Positions 27,041-36,971 of a DNA stretch of 64,000 nucleotides are shown one piece after another (the first letter of the stretch is position 1; each line of letters starts with the position of its first letter). The stretch is taken from positions 2,869 to 66,868 of the forward strand of contig CAZIIR010000001.1 of NCBI GenBank assembly GCA_964539475.1, read 5' to 3'. Under the pieces are notes generated by a model. It had not been told where the DNA came from, made no database searches, and saw nothing but the letters and a program-made list of their open reading frames with translations. The translations under genes were made by a program, and so were the position numbers. The stretch comes from an uncultured Candidatus Saccharibacteria bacterium (GTDB taxonomy: Bacteria > Patescibacteriota > Minisyncoccia > Phycocordibacterales > XYD1-FULL-46-19).

Positions 27041-30000
27041 ATGCAGCTAATTGTTCTTCGCGTTCTTTGCCTGATTTTTCGATTAAGCTACTTGCCCTAA
27101 AGTATCTCTTGATGTCTGGTTGTGATACACCAATCACTGCCGCAAGATTTACAAAATCCAGTGGTGATATAGCCTCTGGTTTTTGAAAGAACTTAGAACC
27201 GCTTTCAATAGCATCGACTATTCCTTCCACCGTTCCACCAAAACTTCCACCGATATTAGCAATTGTTCTTTGCTCATATACGGCAGGAAGAAACTCTTGC
27301 ATCTGAATGTTTGCCAACTCTTCACTTAGAAGAGTTACAGTCTTACGGTTTTCAAGAGCCTTGTGTCTTTTGATTAGTTTTTGGATTCGATCAATTTCTC
27401 CTTTTTTCCAAGCCTTGAAGGTTTCAGCCTCTGGTCCGTCAGATCCTACATGAATAATTATATTAGGAACAGCTTCAAGGTTAAACGGAATAAACATGTT
27501 AGATGCTGCATCCTTTACTGTCTTGATTGAAAGAATCCTTGTGTTGTTAGTTCTGTTTTGAATATTCTGAATAACCTTACGATTCTTTTCTCTCATAGAA
27601 ATCTCAGCATTGAGTGTGCGACGCTCATTTTTTGTCATTCTATTTTGAGACTTAGAGTAAAGCTTTTTTAATTCCTCCTCTTCTTCTGGATTCTTCAATG
27701 CATGAACAATAGCGGCAGCCATTCCATACTGAACTGCATATGCCATCATTGTATATGTTACAGATTGAGCAGCAATACCCATCATGTATTTAAATGATTT
27801 GGCTTTTTGTTCTCTACTTACATCTGAATCAAAAAGCCTTCTCATTTCCTTTCCAAAGTTTACAGCGTTATTGATCGAGAACGACCTAAACGCTATTAAT
27901 AAATTTCTTGCAATACTTATTTTAGCATCCTTGTTAGTGAGATACTCACCACGACGAGAAGCATCACCAATACCTATATAACGCTCTGTTGCGTCAATAG
28001 CTTTTATGTATGACACTGGATCGTATGTAAGGTCTTCAAGTCTGACATGAGTTCCTTTTGAGTCCTGTTCAGCATTAAGGTATTCAGCAAGTGCCATAGG
28101 AGCACCTGACAATGTATCAGAAAGCCTGAATGCTTTAAACAGAATATTTTCGATTCCTTTATCAACACCAACTACTGCCCTATACAAATAAGGCATTTCC
28201 TTTTTCATCATTTCAACTAATGAGCTAGGATTAATATCCAGATTAACTGATTTGTCGATTTCTTGGAATTGCTGGCGATGAGTTACTTCAAAGATAACCT
28301 TATCCACAAGTCTTGCTTGATGAGGTTCAAGCATTCCCATTCTGTGTTTTAATAAATATGTTGCAGCTTTAAAATAGTTGCCAATTTTGTGTGGCTCATT
28401 AATGTGCTGAACAAAGTATGGAGTAGTATTTGAAACAAGCTGTGCTGGCAACTGATGTAAACCAGACAATACGCCCTGAGCCCATTTTCTTCCAACCCAG
28501 TTTGTAGCAACATGGTATGAATGCATGTATGATGCTTGAGACATCACATTCTGCCACGTTCCATTCATCGCACTTCTGAATGCATCTGTCCGACCTCTCT
28601 TTTGTTCTGGATCACCTAAGAACTTAGCAAACAATTTTCCATTCTTGTTTTTGTGATTCAGCAATTGAGACATCTCCTGTCTTGCATGTGCTGTAAAATA
28701 ATCATACACAGCAATCCTGCCAAGAGACTCACCGGCATAATTTATATTAAACACAAGAGAACGATTTGTTCCTATTTTTCTTGTTCTCGACTTAGTAGAA
28801 CCAAGTCCAGTTGTATTTGTTCCATAAAATATTTGTCCAGAAGAGAATGATTGAGCATCAGTTAGCATTTGAGCTTTGGCGATATCAAAATCTGTATCAC
28901 CTTCACCTTTGATGATAACTGACATTGTTGGAATGTAGTTCTCGATTTCCTCAAATGGTCTTCCATAAATAAACTCTGTAGTGAACTTAGAAAGAGGTTT
29001 TAGTGCATCATACATCTTAACGATACCATCTGCATATTGGATTCCCTTGTCTCCAATAAATATATTAGCATTCTGGTAGAATTTAGCAACATCTTCTGGT
29101 GTGAAGTCAGAAGTAAGTTGTCCATTTTCTATAGTGTAGTTAATACCAGACAGGAAGTTATCTTCAAGATACTCTTGATGACGCTTTCCTTGTGCATCAA
29201 AGTCTCTATCGTAAACTCCAATAGTATTTTTATTAGAGTCAAGAACCCATTGGACGCTTGCTTTAAATCCCTCTTCAGGAGATTCAACTAATTTTCTTTG
29301 ACGAAGGATTCCAAACATTCCTATCTTGTTAGCCATGTCAGCATCAAGAACACCGTTATAAACATCACTTTGAAGTGATTCAATGTATGGTGTAATAACT
29401 TCTTCGTGATACCGTTTAGCAAGAACAAGACCTTCACGGAATGGTGCTTGAAGACGAGTCAAAAGATCGTAAGAATAACCATCGGTTGCAAGTCGTTCAA
29501 TCTGACTTGAGTTAGATTCAAGTTTAGATATGTCAGAGTTCTTTTTTCTTGTCCCGTATGGGTCACTAAACGTGGCCTCCATGTTTCTAATGATATCTGT
29601 TGTCTCACTACTAATAAATCCCTCAAGACGATTTGGATAGCCATCAGTAACAAGACTAAGAAGTGAGTAATAAACTCTGCGTAAATCTCCACCACTAAGA
29701 GATGTTGCATCCGTAGTAATTAAACTAAGCGCGTATTCATTAAATAGCTTACGCATTATTGCAACTTGTTCTCTTAGAATTGGAATACCATTATCCAAGA
29801 TTGGATTACCTGTCTCTACAAGGCTGCTATCAAGATCAACAACTCCACGGTTAATAATATCACTAATATCATCAATTGCTTCAATAGCTTGGAACTGGAG
29901 ATCAACAACAGCATCCATTGTTGCAATGTCAGAGTCGTTAATAACAACGGATGCAAGATCATCGTTCTTCTCTTGAATAAGGTCTTGAAAGTGTTTTCTC

Positions 30001-33000
30001 GCAGCGCCAGCGTCTTCATTAAAGAATGCAAACTCAGGAAATCCCTCTACTCGACTTGCGTAGAACTCGTATTCGTTTTTGTTAGCTTTCTTTTTATAGT
30101 CGATCAAACGCTGTTCAAGTGTGTCAACAGGAATCCTTTCAGTGGCAGGATTTTCCTGTTTGTTGCGAGTATTAACAAAGTCTTGATAATCAGCCAAGAA
30201 AGCCTCTACGTCATTATCGTTAAGGAATGCGTATGGAACACCTTTGAAAGCGTTGTTGATTTGAATTTCTTTACCCATGAGTTTTTGCTCATAAGTTCTC
30301 TTGATTAGTTTAGCTATTTCCTTAGAAGCTTTGGATTTAGATTGTGTAATAATTTCATTATCAGTCACAATCCAATCAAGATCGTTGTCTTCTGTTGGTT
30401 CTACTGGAGCTTTTTGTTTAGGCTGTGATTTGCTAAAACGAATGTCTGGAGAATTAGAGAATCGTTGAGACAAAGGAATTACATTACCTTGATCGTCTTT
30501 TGTAACAGGGTCTGAGGATTTAAATTGAGAAGAATCAAACCCAGCAATTGCGTCTGCTTCTTGCTCTGCGCTTTTTTCTCGTAAAAGAAAACCATCAAAA
30601 CCAGCTTCCAGTAGTTCTTTTTTTAACTGCCCCTTGTTTAATCTCTCAAAAACTGGACTCTGCATTCCATTGCTTGGCTTGGCCTTAACTCCCAACGATT
30701 GGACAAATGTATCAAATTCCTGGTTGCTAACACTTCCAGATCCAAGCTGCCGAAAATCTGCCGGATTTGAAATATTATGATAAAGACTCAATGATTTATC
30801 TCCAAAAAGTTGAGAATACTTTTTGTTTTCTGTGACGTATATCAACCCAACACCATCTGTCTTAATAGGAGATACCAAAAAACTTCTTCCTGTTGAGGTT
30901 AATATATTTCTAATCCTTCCAAATATATTAAAATCAGAATTTGTTGAATGAATAACCATAGATGGTTTGTATCCAGCCTCTTTAGCAGCCTCATCAACCA
31001 TCTTTTGAGCGGTGTCTAAATCACCAGACTTAACTGCCGCCAAGTATTTTTGATCTTTAACATTATTATTAGGCTGTGATTTACTAAATCTAAGTAGTCC
31101 ACGGTTTTGTGGAACACTGAACATGTATCCGGTGTTGGTGTCTTTATTAAACACAGCAGACTTACCTTTTCCGTGCCTACCAACTGTTACTTTTTTAGGT
31201 TGTGAGTTAGTAAGTTTTTTAAGACCGTTAGGAACGCGCTCGTCGTATGCGGCTTTCATTCCTGACTCTTGTTCTATTTTTGGAACTGATTTTTTTAACA
31301 GATCAGCTCTAACTGTTTCTCCATCATAAGTTGTTAAGCGATAGATATTACCGTCTGGTCCTTCTGATTTTATTCCAGGTATAGCTCCTTCGCTTCCATC
31401 TGCCATTGTATAAGTAGTATCAATATCAGTCCTGGGAATCCAATCATCTGGCATTTTAATGTTACCATTATTATACGATGCATTTTCTATAATATCTCCA
31501 TCTTTTTCTGGATTTGCAAGTTCATAAATATCACCAACTTGATCATGCCCCTCAGTCATCATTGCTGTTTCAGCATCGCTTGTAATAATTTTATCAGCAC
31601 CTTGTTCTTGTGCAAAATTAACAGCGGCTTTAAGTGCAAGTGATTCCCAATAGTTTAGGAGCGGAGATGAAATATCTTCTCCAAGACTTTCCCATTTATC
31701 AATAAGAAGAATATTGTCTTCTTTAGATATTACTTCATTTTCTTTATATTTATAAATATCAACACCAGTATCTTCTGCTTCTCGTTTTGTTAAATGCAAT
31801 GAATTAGACGACCCTTTTTTGCTAATAGTAATAGAATCATCTAAAAGCTCTATTACAAGATCAGATTTTTTATAACCATCTAATCTATTTTTGTCTCTAC
31901 TTAATTTTCCAGCCCAATCGCTTTGAACTTCCCATATTTCAAGAATGCGAGTTGGTTTAGTTGCGGTTGTTCCGTCTGGTAGTTTGTTTCCAGTTTGGTA
32001 TTCATGGATACCACCACGAACGAATGCTAGTTGGTTTGCTTTAACACTACCTTCGTAATGCTGAGATTCAAATTTAGGTTTTGGAGTTACTGTTGCTCCT
32101 GTGTCTCTTACGAATACAGTAATTGTTCTATTTTCATCGTAAATTGAAGACTCAGATGTTGTTACAAAATACCTAGGTTCTGGATATTTATTTTGAAACT
32201 CCTCAAGCTTACCTTCCTTTTCTTCTATTGGAAAGGATTCTTTTACAATATATTTATTATCATATAAAGAATTATCTATTTTATTTAAAGAAGATGATTC
32301 TTCACTTGGAAGTGGAACATTCAAACTCAAATCACCAGACCAAATAAGCTTATGTCCAGGCTCGATTTCTTCACCTTTAAGTTGTTCGTTTGAGTATGGA
32401 TCTACTCCGTATTTTCCGGTGGCAGAGCTATTTTTTGCCGCTAAGAAACTACCGGTAGAATATAGTTCAATATATTCATTAGCAAGTTTCTTTGCATTTT
32501 CTGGAAGTTCTTCTAATTTAACACCACCAAATGTTTTAAATACAGCAGTTTCACCAGTAAACATTGGAGCGTCAGGCGCAAACCCAATGGTTTCTAGTTC
32601 GTGCTGAACAACACCAACTGTTCTGCTTAATGCGCCACCACTAAAATCTAACTTATTTATTACAACAGTAGGAACTGTGTCGATCACTTCCGCCAGTTCC
32701 GACATATTAACACGACCATTTTTTGATAAATCGTTAACAAGTTGTGTCAGTGTATCAACCTCAAACTCAGTAGCTCCTGATTTTTTGATCTTAGCTGCAA
32801 GGTTTTGAGAAGGAAGAGTTCCATCTTTAGCCACAACAAGACCCATTACATTTTCAGGGTCTTTTAGTTGGTCAGCAAGACGAAAATCAAACTGGTTGGT
32901 TGAACGACTAAAGCGAGTTGCTGCTGGAGTTTTGTATAAATACTTATCTCCCATTATAACATTTTTATCACTGTTCATTCCTGCGAACTCAAGAACAGCT

Positions 33001-36000
33001 TTTTGAGATGAATTAAGTTTATACTGCTCATCAACAAGGATTGACGATCCGTTTATGACACGAAGATAACCACGTTTAGCCATTTCTGCATAAACCTGAG
33101 TAACCGTCATTCCTTCTATAGCTTCTTCGCCAATAATGTCAATAGCTTTTCCAAGATGGTCTTGATAACCAACATCGATTATTTTTCCATTAGGCGCAAT
33201 CCAAGCTCCGTATCCACGAATAACAGAATCCATGTAAACTGATTGGTGGGATTTGGAATACTGTATTTCTCCATTTGTTGTTATATCAGAATCAAAAGCG
33301 GTCTGAATAATAATATCAAGATCATTAACTGTCCAGTTTGCTGTCCCTGCTTTCAGGAACTTAATACGAATCCAATTAACAATCTTTTCAATAATTGATT
33401 TTGATTCTTTATCCTTTCCTTCTGTTAGTTTAGCAAAAATTTCATCAACAATTTCATTTTCTGTTAAGTTTTCTTTTGCATATGCAGCACTTGTTCTTTC
33501 CCAAACATTTGAACCGTCTCTCCATTTAAGGGTTTTTAAGAATGTAACTAAATTATTAAACCCTTCTTGGCTAATGCCAGAAAGAACGCCACTTAGTTTA
33601 AGATGACCAACAACTTCATGTTTAAATATTCTTTCTACCGCTTCCACATGTGACTCTCCTTTATGTGGAATAATATTATCAAGAATAATTGTAACATTGC
33701 CTTTTTGGACAAAAGCTTCAACGATGCTCGTAACATCTTCACGATTTAATTCCTCGTGTGTGTTTACGATCTTAAGGTCTTTCAGTCCAACGTCTTTTGC
33801 AAGCTCGTTAATTCTGTCAGTCTGCTCTTTTCTGCGAGCTATGTTTTCAGGAGTGTTTTCGCGTTGTTTGGCAAGAGTAGCTTGTGATTCTTCTCTGAAC
33901 TGCTCAATCTCTTGTTGAAGAATATCTAAAATATCAGGCTCGGATTCTTCAACCGGAGCGGTGTCTTGAACAGGAGCAATGGTTTCTTCAATAGCCTGCT
34001 CGACGGTTTGTTTAGGTGCTTTCTCTTTACCTTTCTTGATTGCAGTTTGAATGCTTTGTGCAAACTTATACAAGTCTCCATCGTAAGATGGAACACCATA
34101 TATTTCTGCAAGCTGTGGAAAGTTAGCTTCTGAAAGAAATCCACGACTAATTAAATTATTAAGACGATCTCCAGTAAAGTCACCTTTTTTAGAAAGTGAA
34201 ACAATCTGCATTAATGTTCCTCGATCAACTTCCTGTGCTGGCTGTTGTTCTGGATTTTCTTTTTTAGCAGTGAGTTCAGCAAGCTTAATTCTTGATGCGC
34301 TTTTTTGGCTTTCTGTATATTCACCACTCTTATCATTAATAACTTTATTATGAAGCGCAATACGATCTTCAATTGAAATTTGAACATTTGGCTGAATACG
34401 AGCCTTGTCTGCTTCTAGTTTTCCTATCCAATCTTTAGAGCGTATTTTTTGTTGTTCGGTTGCATTGTCGTCGTTTAATATTTTGTTGTGATAAGCCAAT
34501 GCCTTATCAATGCTTTCAATAGCTGCGCTTGGATTCTCAGTCTCATTGATCTGGTCAATGGTTTCGATTGTTGGAAGAACTGGTTCTGGTTCTACTGTAG
34601 GTTCTACGGTATCTTCTTCAACAGGCTCTACCGCAGGTGTTTCCACAGGCGTTTCCACAGTTTCTTCAACTGGAGTTTCAGCTTTTTTCTTTTTTCGTGA
34701 CGATGGCTTTTTAACTTTTGGAGCAACAACTTTCTTTCCTTCTGGAGTATTTTTATTAAGCTTTTCTGTTGCTTCATCTATTCTGGTTTGATCAATTGTT
34801 TCTGTTTCAACAACTGGAGCTTGTGTTTTTTCCAACTCATTGTAACGAGTTAGCTCAGTTGGTGTAATAGTATTATTAATCTTTTTTTCAAGCAAGTTTT
34901 CAAACTCTGCTTTATCTTTGTTATCAATAACTTCACTATCATCAACAAGAGAAGTCTTAGGCTTAACTTCTGCTGGATCAATTGCTTCCGCTGGTTCTTT
35001 AGTGGCAACTTCATTAGCTTCTCTGACTTGAGCTAATATTTTTATTTTGTTTCCAGTTACAACGACAGGAACCCACCCAACTTGTGGATTAACAGAAGCT
35101 TCGTATCTTTTAGCTAGTCCTTTAAATTTAACAAATCTCCTGTTAGGTGTTACCTGTAATGTAACAGGTGCTCCTAATGCTTTTATTAGGTTGGCGTTTT
35201 TAACCAATGCCATTCCTTCTTGTTTTACATAAATAACATTATCATTCTTTAGTTTGGTGTCATCATTAAGAGTAACATCAAATGGCTTCTTGGTTTGAAG
35301 CTGCTTATCTTCTCCTTTTAATATGAAATTTGTATCATTAGACTCAAACTCAGTTTCTTCTTGAAAAGCAATAGGACCAGCCGATGTTCCATCATCGTTT
35401 ATCTTTTCAAACAATCCTCTTGCTTTTTTTAACCTTTCAAGTTTATCTTTGTCTTTTACTGGATCAAGGTCTTTTTCAATTTTATTAAGCTCATCGGTAT
35501 ATGGCTTATTTGCAATTCTAATTTTAGACTGCTCTGGAAGAACCTCTCCAAGTCTTTCTTTTAGAGTAGCTTCTGCTTTGTCTTTGATCGGAGTTCCAGA
35601 AGGGTCGAGAGATGGCTTGGTATCTCCCTTAATAATTTTATCAGGAGCTTTTGCTGTGACATTAGAATTAGCTATTTCAATAGCCTTGTCGTAGTTACCC
35701 GCTTTGATAGCATCAAAGATTTTTAACTCTTTAGCTTTTGTGTCAGCAATACTAACTGTTTTACCAGCATCAGTTAATTGTGCAATAGTTGCAGAAACAT
35801 TAGCTTGGTTTGATCCTTTTGTTAATCCAGCTATTCCAGTACCAACCATTGCACCAACTGTTCCTTCGACAGCAAATGAACGAGCAAGCTCTCCGATATT
35901 AGTAGCATTCTTTAAATACTGCTCATCTCCAGTTGCATAGTAATCACCAAGGTTTCCGGCTACATCTGTTCCTACTCCACCAAGCAAGCCTTCGTTTAAA

Positions 36001-36968
36001 GAACCAAGAGTAAATCCCTTAACTACAGATGGTAAATATTCTTTAATAACGGCTCTTTTTGCAGCTTCTGTTGTAGCTGCATTAAATGCGCCAGCAAATC
36101 CTTTTACTTTTCCGAAAGCACCACCAAGAATAGACTCCGCTCCACCGTCAATAATACCGGCAGGAATTGCATTAACTGCGGCATCTTGTGCAACTAATTC
36201 ATTACCAGTTCTTTTAAGTTCACGATTATATGCTTCCGTCATATGACGGGCAGTTGACATCGTAAGAAGCGTTGGAGCAACAAGCTCTGGTGCTCCTGCG
36301 GCAGTCATACCAGCAGACAATGCCATTTGGCTAAGAAAATTACCAAGTCCACCAACTACTTGTGAACTAAGATTATTATCAAACTCTGGATTCTCAACCA
36401 AGTTTTTAGCAAAGAACCTATTGGCTTCTTTGTAGTCAGCAAAAAGATCAACACCAAGACCTCTAATTGCCTGTTCTGTGAATCGTTTAACTGAATCAGT
36501 CAAGAAGTCAGGCATACCACCTGGCTTGTAAGAATCCTTGGCAAGCTCACTCTTAATTAAATTATTAGCAAGGTCTTCGATGTGAAATTCAAAATCTTTT
36601 GCTATTGATGGTGCTTTTTTTGCAGAAGAAGGAACAGCATTATCTCTCCAGTCTTCAATAGACTTAACTCTCTTTTCAACAGGATCGTTAGCGTTTATAT
36701 TAATCTGACCATACAAATCGGCAGCCTGCTCAGGAGTTGGTGTAAAACGAGGAATATTTACATTGTGACGATATGATGTAAATATTTCAGCGGATTTATC
36801 ATTAACATACTTTAAATCCTCATCTTCTTTAATTTCGTTTTCATTAACAAATGTTTTACGAAAAGACTCGAAGGCAAGTGGCTTCCGCTCATCTGGAACA
36901 GAATTAAACTCTTCGCTGGCAAGATAACCTCTTACAATGTCTGGATAGTCAAATGAAGTGAGTGGCAT
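27018..36968 (-). CDS. Giant (3316 aa) virion/ejected large polyvalent protein
   Basis: Last gene of the structural arm; HEVVGH zincin-like motif; ART-like module (HST...IYVT...GFDG...QFKS.DPVT.DD.GNVIPLSQRF); EVQSDW domain. Confidence 0.8.
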   Translation of the reverse strand: MPLTSFDYPDIVRGYLASEEFNSVPDERKPLAFESFRKTFVNENEIKEDEDLKYVNDKSAEIFTSYRHNVNIPRFTPTPEQAADLYGQININANDPVEKRVKSIEDWRDNAVPSSAKKAPSIAKDFEFHIEDLANNLIKSELAKDSYKPGGMPDFLTDSVKRFTEQAIRGLGVDLFADYKEANRFFAKNLVENPEFDNNLSSQVVGGLGNFLSQMALSAGMTAAGAPELVAPTLLTMSTARHMTEAYNRELKRTGNELVAQDAAVNAIPAGIIDGGAESILGGAFGKVKGFAGAFNAATTEAAKRAVIKEYLPSVVKGFTLGSLNEGLLGGVGTDVAGNLGDYYATGDEQYLKNATNIGELARSFAVEGTVGAMVGTGIAGLTKGSNQANVSATIAQLTDAGKTVSIADTKAKELKIFDAIKAGNYDKAIEIANSNVTAKAPDKIIKGDTKPSLDPSGTPIKDKAEATLKERLGEVLPEQSKIRIANKPYTDELNKIEKDLDPVKDKDKLERLKKARGLFEKINDDGTSAGPIAFQEETEFESNDTNFILKGEDKQLQTKKPFDVTLNDDTKLKNDNVIYVKQEGMALVKNANLIKALGAPVTLQVTPNRRFVKFKGLAKRYEASVNPQVGWVPVVVTGNKIKILAQVREANEVATKEPAEAIDPAEVKPKTSLVDDSEVIDNKDKAEFENLLEKKINNTITPTELTRYNELEKTQAPVVETETIDQTRIDEATEKLNKNTPEGKKVVAPKVKKPSSRKKKKAETPVEETVETPVETPAVEPVEEDTVEPTVEPEPVLPTIETIDQINETENPSAAIESIDKALAYHNKILNDDNATEQQKIRSKDWIGKLEADKARIQPNVQISIEDRIALHNKVINDKSGEYTESQKSASRIKLAELTAKKENPEQQPAQEVDRGTLMQIVSLSKKGDFTGDRLNNLISRGFLSEANFPQLAEIYGVPSYDGDLYKFAQSIQTAIKKGKEKAPKQTVEQAIEETIAPVQDTAPVEESEPDILDILQQEIEQFREESQATLAKQRENTPENIARRKEQTDRINELAKDVGLKDLKIVNTHEELNREDVTSIVEAFVQKGNVTIILDNIIPHKGESHVEAVERIFKHEVVGHLKLSGVLSGISQEGFNNLVTFLKTLKWRDGSNVWERTSAAYAKENLTENEIVDEIFAKLTEGKDKESKSIIEKIVNWIRIKFLKAGTANWTVNDLDIIIQTAFDSDITTNGEIQYSKSHQSVYMDSVIRGYGAWIAPNGKIIDVGYQDHLGKAIDIIGEEAIEGMTVTQVYAEMAKRGYLRVINGSSILVDEQYKLNSSQKAVLEFAGMNSDKNVIMGDKYLYKTPAATRFSRSTNQFDFRLADQLKDPENVMGLVVAKDGTLPSQNLAAKIKKSGATEFEVDTLTQLVNDLSKNGRVNMSELAEVIDTVPTVVINKLDFSGGALSRTVGVVQHELETIGFAPDAPMFTGETAVFKTFGGVKLEELPENAKKLANEYIELYSTGSFLAAKNSSATGKYGVDPYSNEQLKGEEIEPGHKLIWSGDLSLNVPLPSEESSSLNKIDNSLYDNKYIVKESFPIEEKEGKLEEFQNKYPEPRYFVTTSESSIYDENRTITVFVRDTGATVTPKPKFESQHYEGSVKANQLAFVRGGIHEYQTGNKLPDGTTATKPTRILEIWEVQSDWAGKLSRDKNRLDGYKKSDLVIELLDDSITISKKGSSNSLHLTKREAEDTGVDIYKYKENEVISKEDNILLIDKWESLGEDISSPLLNYWESLALKAAVNFAQEQGADKIITSDAETAMMTEGHDQVGDIYELANPEKDGDIIENASYNNGNIKMPDDWIPRTDIDTTYTMADGSEGAIPGIKSEGPDGNIYRLTTYDGETVRADLLKKSVPKIEQESGMKAAYDERVPNGLKKLTNSQPKKVTVGRHGKGKSAVFNKDTNTGYMFSVPQNRGLLRFSKSQPNNNVKDQKYLAAVKSGDLDTAQKMVDEAAKEAGYKPSMVIHSTNSDFNIFGRIRNILTSTGRSFLVSPIKTDGVGLIYVTENKKYSQLFGDKSLSLYHNISNPADFRQLGSGSVSNQEFDTFVQSLGVKAKPSNGMQSPVFERLNKGQLKKELLEAGFDGFLLREKSAEQEADAIAGFDSSQFKSSDPVTKDDQGNVIPLSQRFSNSPDIRFSKSQPKQKAPVEPTEDNDLDWIVTDNEIITQSKSKASKEIAKLIKRTYEQKLMGKEIQINNAFKGVPYAFLNDNDVEAFLADYQDFVNTRNKQENPATERIPVDTLEQRLIDYKKKANKNEYEFYASRVEGFPEFAFFNEDAGAARKHFQDLIQEKNDDLASVVINDSDIATMDAVVDLQFQAIEAIDDISDIINRGVVDLDSSLVETGNPILDNGIPILREQVAIMRKLFNEYALSLITTDATSLSGGDLRRVYYSLLSLVTDGYPNRLEGFISSETTDIIRNMEATFSDPYGTRKKNSDISKLESNSSQIERLATDGYSYDLLTRLQAPFREGLVLAKRYHEEVITPYIESLQSDVYNGVLDADMANKIGMFGILRQRKLVESPEEGFKASVQWVLDSNKNTIGVYDRDFDAQGKRHQEYLEDNFLSGINYTIENGQLTSDFTPEDVAKFYQNANIFIGDKGIQYADGIVKMYDALKPLSKFTTEFIYGRPFEEIENYIPTMSVIIKGEGDTDFDIAKAQMLTDAQSFSSGQIFYGTNTTGLGSTKSRTRKIGTNRSLVFNINYAGESLGRIAVYDYFTAHARQEMSQLLNHKNKNGKLFAKFLGDPEQKRGRTDAFRSAMNGTWQNVMSQASYMHSYHVATNWVGRKWAQGVLSGLHQLPAQLVSNTTPYFVQHINEPHKIGNYFKAATYLLKHRMGMLEPHQARLVDKVIFEVTHRQQFQEIDKSVNLDINPSSLVEMMKKEMPYLYRAVVGVDKGIENILFKAFRLSDTLSGAPMALAEYLNAEQDSKGTHVRLEDLTYDPVSYIKAIDATERYIGIGDASRRGEYLTNKDAKISIARNLLIAFRSFSINNAVNFGKEMRRLFDSDVSREQKAKSFKYMMGIAAQSVTYTMMAYAVQYGMAAAIVHALKNPEEEEELKKLYSKSQNRMTKNERRTLNAEISMREKNRKVIQNIQNRTNNTRILSIKTVKDAASNMFIPFNLEAVPNIIIHVGSDGPEAETFKAWKKGEIDRIQKLIKRHKALENRKTVTLLSEELANIQMQEFLPAVYEQRTIANIGGSFGGTVEGIVDAIESGSKFFQKPEAISPLDFVNLAAVIGVSQPDIKRYFRASSLIEKSGKEREEQLAAYEEETSP

Positions 36969-36971
36969 ATT

